A DNA stretch of 64,000 nucleotides, taken from positions 10,969-74,968 of the forward strand of contig CAMTVM010000061.1 in the NCBI GenBank assembly GCA_947085195.1, given 5' to 3'. How positions within the stretch are numbered: position 1 is the first letter of the stretch; every line of letters begins with the position of its first letter. This document shows, in pieces, positions 50,285 to 57,517 of this stretch. A program made the translations under genes and the position numbers. The notes under the pieces are model-generated. The model searched no databases. It was not told where the DNA came from and saw only the letters and a program-made list of their open reading frames with translations. The stretch comes from an uncultured Chloroflexota bacterium (GTDB lineage Bacteria; Chloroflexota; Limnocylindria; Limnocylindrales; CSP1-4).

Positions 50285-50578
50285 TCAGACGCCTTCGAAG
50301 GTCCCGTCCATCCAGTCCGGGTCGTCCTCGAGCAGAGCGCGCAGCTCGAGGTAGCGCTCGTGCTGGTCGGGGCTCTCGGCGTTGGCCTTGTACGAGGCCT
50401 CGTCGTCGAACAGGGCGACGAGGAACACGGTGGGCCTGTCGTAGGGTTCCTTGTCGGGGCGGAACAGGTAGCTGGCCCGGAAGCCCGGGACGTTGACGTC
50501 CTCCAGGCGCCGGCCGTGGGCCATGAGCTCCTCGGTCCGGTCTGCCCTGGGATGCAGTCGCGCGATCGTGCCGTACAT
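50285..50578 (-). CDS. ABM (antibiotic biosynthesis monooxygenase)-like small protein
   Basis: 97 aa from MYGTIARLHP, with AGGAGG upstream. Ferredoxin-like pattern ...VFLVALFDDEASYKANAESPDQHERY. Confidence 0.65.
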   Translation of the reverse strand: MYGTIARLHPRADRTEELMAHGRRLEDVNVPGFRASYLFRPDKEPYDRPTVFLVALFDDEASYKANAESPDQHERYLELRALLEDDPDWMDGTFEGV

Positions 50579-50657
50579 GGTGGGGACGCACCTCCTGGCG
50601 GCCATGGTGATCCGGTCGGCACACGTTGGCAAGGGGGTGCTCGCGAAACCCTGGGCT

Positions 50658-51566
50658 TCAGCCTCCGAGGAGCGTCGACCCCAGGGGGATCCCGTCGGCG
50701 AGGTACAGCCCCGTGGGCCCGTCCGGCAGGAGGTCGAACGTCGATCGTCCCTCGTAGGGCTCGGCAACTGCGCTGACCACCGTCGCGCCGTCCACCCGGT
50801 CGCCGGGTCGGATCGAGGCGAGCCGGCGCCCATCGGCCAGCGGATGACCGGGGGAGGCGCGGACGACCCGGCCGTCGTCGAGGACGAGCCGGATCACCAC
50901 GTGGGTGACCGGGACCGGCGTCCGCCCGGTGAGGATCACCGTGGCCACGAACGGTCGCCCATCAAGACCGATCGACCAGACGCGCATCCCGACGCGGATC
51001 GCCTCGACGGCCACCTCGCCGTCGGGCGTCGCGATCCTCGTCCCCCTGGCCAGGCAGATCGGGCAGATCGGCTCGCCGGCGGGCGCTTGCGCTTCGACCG
51101 TGATCGAGCCGTCCGCGTCGATCGTCCCGGCGGTCCGGCGCCCCTCGCTCGCGCCGGGCGGCGGCATGCTCAGGTAGTCGAAGCGGAACGCGCCATCGCC
51201 GACCGGGTCGAGGAGGATCGCGTTCTGCTGTTTCCAGGCCCGGTAGATCGCGAGCTTCTGGTCGGCCGTCGCGTCCGCCCCGACATCGAGGCCGATACGG
51301 GCGAGGATGGCGGCGAAGGCCTCGGCGTCAGCCCTGACTTCTTCGAACCGCTCGATGGCGAGATCGGCCTCGTCGGCACGGGCGACCGGATAGAAGTCGG
51401 GATCGCAGTACCAGAGCGGCCCCCACTGGTCGATGAGCGCGTAGCGCAGCTCGGCGCCGGTCCGCGGCACCCCGACGGGCGATGGCGATGGCGCCTCCTG
51501 CGTGACGCCGCACGCGGCGACTAGGACGACGAGCACCAGGAGGCGGGCAAGGGGTGGTCGGCTCAT
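50658..51566 (-). CDS. Lipoprotein with unknown N-terminal domain and C-terminal Hint (Hedgehog/intein-like) domain
   Basis: Signal peptide plus lipobox LVAAC(19). The Hint N-terminal block is C(171)LARGTRIATPDGEVAVEAIRVGMRVWS, the TxxH-like block is ASPGHPL, and the terminal block is TFDLLPDGPTGLYLADGIPLGST. Confidence 0.75.
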   Translation of the reverse strand: MSRPPLARLLVLVVLVAACGVTQEAPSPSPVGVPRTGAELRYALIDQWGPLWYCDPDFYPVARADEADLAIERFEEVRADAEAFAAILARIGLDVGADATADQKLAIYRAWKQQNAILLDPVGDGAFRFDYLSMPPPGASEGRRTAGTIDADGSITVEAQAPAGEPICPICLARGTRIATPDGEVAVEAIRVGMRVWSIGLDGRPFVATVILTGRTPVPVTHVVIRLVLDDGRVVRASPGHPLADGRRLASIRPGDRVDGATVVSAVAEPYEGRSTFDLLPDGPTGLYLADGIPLGSTLLGG

Positions 51567-53113
51567 GGATTCGGTACTCCGGGCGGGAGGTGCGGAGCCG
51601 AAAGGGGCGGAGCCGAAAGGTGCGGAGCCGGGACGTGCGCCGCCGACGCGCGCGCCGCCTCCTCAAGCGTCGCCAGTTCGTCCATGACGCCCTCGTCGAA
51701 CGGGAACGGCTGGTGACCGGCGACCGCCTTCCGGACCGTCTCGCGTGCCTGGTCCAGGATGTCGGGCCGGCCCGCGGCCTCCCAGCGGTCGAAGGTCCCG
51801 TGGTGACCCAGCCTCGGCAGGAAGAACTCCCCGCCGCGCACGGCGTCCCGGGTGGCGGTCCGGCCCAGGAAGTCCCCCGCCGGACCGACCTCGTCCAGTG
51901 CGGCGACGACGTCCCCCTCACCGACGCCCTCGCCGATCCCGCCCCGCACGCGCCGCCAAGAGCGGTACACCTCCACGTCGATCACGATCTGCTCCAGGCA
52001 CAGGGTCGTCGCGCCGCCCAGCGACCCCGGGCCGATCAGGATGTCCGGCCACGAGAGCACCGGCAGACCCCAGTTGATCGTCCGCTCGTACGACGCCTGG
52101 ATCCCCGCGACGAAGGGGTCCGAGCCGCCGGTGGAGGCGATGACCGGCAGGCCGTAGAAGCGGCCCATCTCGGTGGTGGCCGCGCCCAGCAGCGAGTGCT
52201 CCGGGCTGCCGCCTCCCCAGCGCCCGGTGCGCGGCTCCATCGCGGCCAGCGCCGGCGCGTACAGGACGGGAGTCCCGGGCTGGGCCGCCTGCACCAGGCA
52301 GATCGTCCCCAGCACCTCGGCGTTGCCGGAGACCACGGTGGACCGGAGCCCCGCCGGCGCCGAGGTGCCCATCATCGGCATCGGCATGATGGCGATCGGG
52401 ATGTCCCAGCCGACGGTGGCGAGGTAGGCGTCGGTGTGCTCCGCCTCCATGGCCAGCGGGGAGACCGGGCAGAACAGCACGCTGAACGGGTGATCGCGCC
52501 GAACCGCCTCGCGGCTGCCGAAGACGACGCCCAGGATCTCCAGCAGCCAGGCGGCATCGGTCGGGGTGGCGATCTCGTCCTGGACGTGCTTGGAGAACAG
52601 GCCGAAGGTGTTCGCCCAGTGGGCGACGGCGGGCCCGGGTCCCGAGCCCTCGATGCCGGAGTTGACCATCCGCCAGTAGGCGCCGACCTCGTCCATGGTG
52701 TCGACGAGCTTCGTGGCGGCGGCCCAGTCGTCCCAGGTGGGAGCGCGGCGCACGCCCGTGGCGGGGTCGAAGCAGGTGGTGGCCTCGCCGTCCGGCATCA
52801 GCGTGCACTCGCCCGTATTCATCGGCAGGCTGAAGCCCGGCCTCCGCCCGCCCAGCGAGAACTGCCTCGGCGCGCTCGCGAGGCTCTCCTCGACGAGCCC
52901 CCGCGGGAACCGGACCCTCCGTTGTCCCTCGTCCACCTGGGCACCGGCGGCCTCGAGGATGCGTCGGGCGCGCTCGGAGTCGATGCGCATCCCCGTCCTC
53001 GCCAGGACCGCCAGGGACTGCTCGTGGATCTGCGCGCAGTCGGCGTCCGGGAGGACGCGGAGGTCGATCGGCATCTGGGGCGGCTCCGGTTCGTGGTCGC
53101 AGGGTGAGCGCAT
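51563..53113 (-). CDS. MttB-superfamily (trimethylamine methyltransferase-like) protein, non-pyrrolysine type
   Basis: 516 aa with no in-frame TAG. IHEQSLAVLARTGMRI and FPRGLVEESL are typical of the MttB N-terminus. The start may instead be at M14 (53074). Confidence 0.85.
   Translation of the reverse strand: MRSPCDHEPEPPQMPIDLRVLPDADCAQIHEQSLAVLARTGMRIDSERARRILEAAGAQVDEGQRRVRFPRGLVEESLASAPRQFSLGGRRPGFSLPMNTGECTLMPDGEATTCFDPATGVRRAPTWDDWAAATKLVDTMDEVGAYWRMVNSGIEGSGPGPAVAHWANTFGLFSKHVQDEIATPTDAAWLLEILGVVFGSREAVRRDHPFSVLFCPVSPLAMEAEHTDAYLATVGWDIPIAIMPMPMMGTSAPAGLRSTVVSGNAEVLGTICLVQAAQPGTPVLYAPALAAMEPRTGRWGGGSPEHSLLGAATTEMGRFYGLPVIASTGGSDPFVAGIQASYERTINWGLPVLSWPDILIGPGSLGGATTLCLEQIVIDVEVYRSWRRVRGGIGEGVGEGDVVAALDEVGPAGDFLGRTATRDAVRGGEFFLPRLGHHGTFDRWEAAGRPDILDQARETVRKAVAGHQPFPFDEGVMDELATLEEAARASAAHVPAPHLSAPPLSAPHLPPGVPNP
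51590..51634. repeat. In-frame 15-bp tandem repeat x3 in the MttB-like C-terminal tail
   Basis: gtgcggagccgaaag / gggcggagccgaaag / gtgcggagccgggac, encoding APHLS-APPLS-APHLP on the minus strand. Confidence 0.8.
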
Positions 53114-53227
53114 CCTCCCGATCCGCCGTCGCCCGCGCCTTGGGTTGGCGCGACGCTACCACCGGGCGATGGCCGCCGATCGGCCGGGTCCGCAGCGCGC
53201 ACCGCGTCAGTCGCCCCAGATGCCGAT

Positions 53228-53283
53228 GGACGCCACCAACCGGACGCCACCAACCGGACGCCACCAACCGGACGCCACCAACC
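53228..53283. repeat. Four perfect tandem copies of the 14-mer ggacgccaccaacc
   Basis: Read directly. The array ends 53 nt upstream of the fdhA GTG, in the divergent mttB-like/fdhA spacer. Confidence 0.85.
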
Positions 53284-53336
53284 CTTGTCGGGCGCACTAC
53301 ACTCACCCTGTCGGACCACACCCACGAGGTACGCCA

Positions 53337-55259
53337 GTGCCGAAGGAGTACGTCCGCCTGACCACGCCGCTCGTGCGCGACGGCGACCGACGAACCAGCC
53401 CCCTCCGCCCAGCCAGCTGGGAAGAGGCACTGGAGCGGACGGTCGCCGGGCTCCGGGCAGCTGGCGAGGCGCACGGCTCCAGGACCTACGGGATCTTCAG
53501 CTGCAGCCGCTCGACCAACGAGGTCAACTTCGCGGCCCAGAAGCTCTCCCGCGTCGTCCTGGGCAGCAACAACATCGACAGCTGCAACCGCACCTGACAC
53601 GCCCCCTCTGTCGCCGGTCTGGCGACCGTGTTCGGCGCTGGTGGGTGCACCAGCTCATATCGTGAGTTCGAGGAGACGGATGTCATCCTCCTGTGGGGCA
53701 GCAACGCCCGGGAGACGCATCCGATCATCTTCCATCACCTCCTGAAGGGGGTGCGGAACGGCGCGCGCCTGTTCGCCATGGACCCGCGCCGGACGTCGTC
53801 CGCCGAATGGGCGGATCTCTGGCTGGGCCTGGACGTGGGCACGGACATCGTCATGGCCAATGCCATGGGCCGCGAGATCATCGCCGCCGGCCTCGCGAAC
53901 GAGGAGTTCATCGGTCGCGCGACCTCCGGCTACGAGGACTACAGGGCGGGCGTCGAGAGCTACACCCTGGAGCGCGCCGAGCGTGAGACCGGCGTCCCCG
54001 CGGCGGCCATCCGCGAGGCGGCCCACGCTTACGCGCAGGCCGACAAGGCGATGATCTGCTGGACGCTGGGGATCACCGAGCACCACAACGCGGTGGACAA
54101 CGTCCTGGCGCTGATCAGCCTGGCGCTGCTGTGCGGGCACGTGGGCAAGTGGGGCAGCGGCCTCAACCCGCTGCGCGGGCAGAACAACGTCCAGGGCGGT
54201 GGTGACAGCGGCGCCCTGCCGGACCGCCTGCCGGGCTTCCAGCACGTGGAGAACGATGCGCTCCGGGCGCCCTTCGACAAGGCCTGGAACGTCATGGTCC
54301 CGCCTAAGCGCGGCTGGAACCTGTCCGCGATGTACGACGCGATGGAGCGGGGCGACCTGACCGCGCTCTACTGCATCGGCGAGAATCCCGTCCAGTCCGA
54401 GGCGGACGTGCACCGCGTGAAGCGGGTGCTGGGCGGCCTCGAGTTCATGGTCGTCCAGGACATCTTCCTCACCGCCACGGCCGAGATGGCCGACGTGGTC
54501 CTCCCTGCGGCCGCCGCCTGGGCCGAGACCGACGGCACCGTCACCAACTCCGAGCGCCGCGTCCAGCGTGTGCGCAAGGCGCTGGACCCGCCCGGCGACG
54601 CCCGCGACGATCTCTGGATCATCTTCGAGATCGCCCGCCGCCTCGGCCACGACTGGGGCGAGGCCAGCCCGGAGGCCGTCTGGAACGAGCTCCGCACCCT
54701 CTCGCCCGCCCACGCCGGCATGAGCTACGCGCGCCTCGAGGCCGAGGACGGGCTCCACTGGCCCTGCTACGACGAGACGCACCCGGGCGAGCCGTTCCTC
54801 CACTCCCGCCTCTGGGCGGACCCGGTGCCGGGCAACCGCGCACCGTTCGTACCCGTGGAGCATGACCCGCCGATCGATGCGCTGACAGACGAGTTCCCGG
54901 TCCGCCTCACCACCGGCCGGCACCTGGACGCCTACAACACCGGCGTGCAATCGGGCGGGTTCTCGTCTCCCAGGCGCCGCAACGAGACGCTGGACCTGTG
55001 CCCGGAGGATGTCGAACGGTTCGGCCTGGCCGAGGGCGAGGTGGTCCGCGTGGTCTCGCGACGGGGCCATGTGGAGGCGCCGGTGCGCGCCGATCGGGCC
55101 CTGCGCCCGGGTCTCGCGTTCATGACCTTCCACTACCCGGACGACGTGGAGGTCAACCTCCTGACGATCGACGCCACGGACCCCAAGTCCGGCACGGCCG
55201 AGTTCAAGGCGACGGCGATCCGGATCGAGAAGCTGGGAGCGCCGGTCGCGGTCGGCTGA
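53337..55259 (+). CDS. fdhA: Formate dehydrogenase catalytic (molybdopterin) subunit, selenocysteine-containing; lacks the usual N-terminal 4Fe-4S domain
   Basis: Joins ORFs 52695..53597 and 53628..55259, which are in the same frame. TGA at 53595-53597 gives NNIDSCNRT-U-HAPSVAGLATVFGAGG. GQNNVQGGGDSGALP and the C-terminal TFHYPDD...KSGTAEFKATAIRIE match. The GTG at 53337 lies 7 nt after GAGG. Confidence 0.9.
53595..53626 (+). promoter_or_regulatory. UGA(Sec) codon plus bacterial SECIS hairpin
   Basis: GTCGCC-GGTCT-GGCGAC (53610-53626). The GGUC loop begins 19 nt after the UGA, which is the spacing I recall for E. coli fdhF. Confidence 0.8.
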
Positions 55260-55290
55260 TCCGGCTGATCTGCTGACCCGCTGAGCGGGC

Positions 55291-55344
55291 CGACGCCCCG
55301 AACTCCGGCGAGCGGTCCGCGCCCCGACGCCCCGAACTCCGGCG
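55291..55344. repeat. Direct repeat cgacgccccgaactccggcg x2 (34-bp period) abutting MITE copy 3
   Basis: Read directly. It is preceded by a run of gctga motifs right after the fdhA stop (ggctgat ccggctgat ctgctgac ccgctgag). Confidence 0.75.
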
Positions 55345-55543
55345 TTGTTCGCTCACACCGAACACGGATCGGCCTCTGGCGGCCCGTTGCGAGCCGTGCT
55401 GGGCCGCACTCCCCCAGAATCGCCCCGATTCCGGCCCCGCCACCCGGGAAACAGGCAATCTGACGCCGGATCCCGGCCCCGGACACCGGGCTGGACCCCC
55501 GATCCGCCCCGTCGCGGCCCCCCGTGTTCACTCCGAGTGAAAT
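55345..55543. mobile_element. MITE/REPIN-like element, copy 3 (199 bp)
   Basis: Ends are ttgttcgctcacaccgaacac (55345-55365, degenerate) and gtgttcactccgagtgaaat (55524-55543). Lies between the convergent fdhA and ABC permease genes. Confidence 0.5.
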
Positions 55544-55552
55544 GTCGCCCGC

Positions 55553-56503
55553 TCAGCTCGGTCGGCGGCGCCGGACCGCCAACGCGCCGATCCCCAGCGC
55601 CACGAGGCTCCCGCCCGCGAGCGCCCCGACCTCGCGCAGCTCCACGAGCCGGTACCGCTCGCCCGGGATCGCGAGGGCGACGCCCGTGTACCCGGCCGGC
55701 GGCCAGTTCGAGCCGTCCTCCGGGACGGGCACCAGAGCGCTGAGCTCGTCCCAGGTCACGACCCGACCGTCCGGCGTCCGGATCCGCATGCCGATGTACC
55801 AGGCGCCCGACTGCCCCGTCATCATCTCCTCCTCCACCATCACCGCCTCGGACGCCAGGATCTTGCCGTGGACGGACATCCCCCCTGCGAGTCCGACGTA
55901 CGCGACGATTGCGGTCACGATCAGCGCCGGCAGCATGCGACCCATGACCGCCCCAACCGCGACCCCGATCGCGAACACGAAGGTCGCCCGCGCCGCCAGC
56001 ACGACGCCCCGGGAGCCATACCCCGCGAACGAGTTGGCCATGTTGGTGCCCGGTTCCATCGCCGCCATCAGCCGATCGAGGGCCGCACCGGCGATGAAGG
56101 ACAAGACGAAGACGATGACGACGGCGGGCACCACCCGGACCACGAACCAGCGAAGCCGGGACGGCGCCAGCGACCAGGCGAGGCGGGTCGTCCCGCGCTC
56201 CAACTCCCGGGCGACGAGCGGCGCTCCCACGAGGGCACCCAGCAGGAACGGCAGGATCATGAGGATCGACTGGACCGGGGTCACCTGCGAGGACTGGATG
56301 TCGGAGTAGGCGCGGCCCATCGCCTCGCACGCCGACGGGTTCCCCGGGGCGCCATTGCGGTTGCAGCTCGCCCCGTACCCGGTCGCGTCGAGGTTGCCGG
56401 CGACGATGAGGGCAGCCACCGCCAGAAGCCCGATCAGCACGCCGAAGCCGACGCTCTCGAACCGGTGGAGACGGAACGCCATCCGGAGGTCGAAGCGCGT
56501 CAT
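55553..56503 (-). CDS. ABC-2 type transporter permease
   Basis: 316 aa from MTRFDLRMAF, about 6 TM helices, ATGA-coupled to the ATPase gene. Confidence 0.8.
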   Translation of the reverse strand: MTRFDLRMAFRLHRFESVGFGVLIGLLAVAALIVAGNLDATGYGASCNRNGAPGNPSACEAMGRAYSDIQSSQVTPVQSILMILPFLLGALVGAPLVARELERGTTRLAWSLAPSRLRWFVVRVVPAVVIVFVLSFIAGAALDRLMAAMEPGTNMANSFAGYGSRGVVLAARATFVFAIGVAVGAVMGRMLPALIVTAIVAYVGLAGGMSVHGKILASEAVMVEEEMMTGQSGAWYIGMRIRTPDGRVVTWDELSALVPVPEDGSNWPPAGYTGVALAIPGERYRLVELREVGALAGGSLVALGIGALAVRRRRPS

Positions 56504-57384
56504 GCCACCGCCTCCCCGTTCGTGCCGGCCTCGGTCGCGCCCGACACCGCCCGGATCCGTCCTGCGGCCAGGTGCCCGAGCACCACCTCTTCCAGCGTCG
56601 CCGGCCGGCCCGGACCACCGGCACCCTCCACGAGGGCGACCAGCTTCCCCTCCGGGTCCGGGAACCGGCCGACAAGCCGCCCGACGTCGATCGGCCCGTC
56701 GTCGACCACGCGGTGCGCTGCCCGTGCCTCGGCGATCGACACGTCCAGCAGCTTCCGCCCGCCCCCCAGGACGAGCAGCCGGTCGCAGGCCTGCTCGATG
56801 TCGGTGATGACGTGGGACGCGAGCAGTGCCGTGGAGCCGGCCTCGCGGACCGCCTCGACCATGACGTGCAGGAATTCCCGCCGCGCCAGCGGGTCCAGGG
56901 ACGCCAGCGGCTCGTCCAGGAGCAGGACGGGCGCCCGCGTACCGAGCGCGATCGCGAGGCCCACCTGTGCCTGCTGCCCGCCGGACAGCTCGTCCGCGAT
57001 GACGCGCAGCGGGATGTCCAGCTGCTCCAGCCGGAGCTCCGCCGCGCGCCGGTCGAAGGATGGGCGGAAGCGGGCCGCCAGCGCCAGGTGGTCGGAGACG
57101 GACAGCTCCCGGTACAGCGACGCGGCCTGGGGCACGTACCCGATCCGCCGGATCGCGCCGCCACGGTCGCGCCACGGATCCACCCCACCGATGAGCAGCC
57201 TGCCGGCGGTCGGCCGCTCGAACCCGACGTACCCCTTGATCAGCGTGGACTTGCCTGCGCCGTTCGGTCCCACGAGCGCGGTGATGCTCCCCGCGGGGAT
57301 CGTCAGGTCCACGTCCCGGAGCGCCCAAGGCCGGCCCCGCCGGTACCGCTTGCCAACCCCGTGCGCCTCGAGCGCGACCGCCAT
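56500..57384 (-). CDS. ABC transporter ATP-binding protein
   Basis: 294 aa from MAVALEAHGV. GPNGAGKST, LSGGQQ and LLLDEP. Confidence 0.93.
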   Translation of the reverse strand: MAVALEAHGVGKRYRRGRPWALRDVDLTIPAGSITALVGPNGAGKSTLIKGYVGFERPTAGRLLIGGVDPWRDRGGAIRRIGYVPQAASLYRELSVSDHLALAARFRPSFDRRAAELRLEQLDIPLRVIADELSGGQQAQVGLAIALGTRAPVLLLDEPLASLDPLARREFLHVMVEAVREAGSTALLASHVITDIEQACDRLLVLGGGRKLLDVSIAEARAAHRVVDDGPIDVGRLVGRFPDPEGKLVALVEGAGGPGRPATLEEVVLGHLAAGRIRAVSGATEAGTNGEAVA

Positions 57385-57517
57385 CCCGTTCCTCCTTCGC
57401 TGCCTGAGCCACCAGCGTCGCGTGGGCGGCCACCCGGCGGCTAGCCGTCGCACGCCGGAGGGGCGTTCCGGGATTCTCCGGACCCTGTGCGTCGGGCCCC
57501 GGTGCTACCGTCCGGCC

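Noticed and set aside
55524-56309. ORFs starting inside MITE ends with recurring FT(P/A/R)SE peptides (also 21086..21427, 4863..5228, 28434..28889 and the first 19 codons of 60087..61013)
   Set aside because: The shared peptide is simply the translation of the palindromic repeat end. The rest of each ORF is antisense to real genes or low in complexity.
55868-57517. N-terminal 550 aa of the 1124-aa ORF 55868..59242
   Set aside because: It is antisense to the ABC permease and ATPase genes. The histidine kinase plausibly starts at MGISRAS (57518), just after the divergent promoter region.
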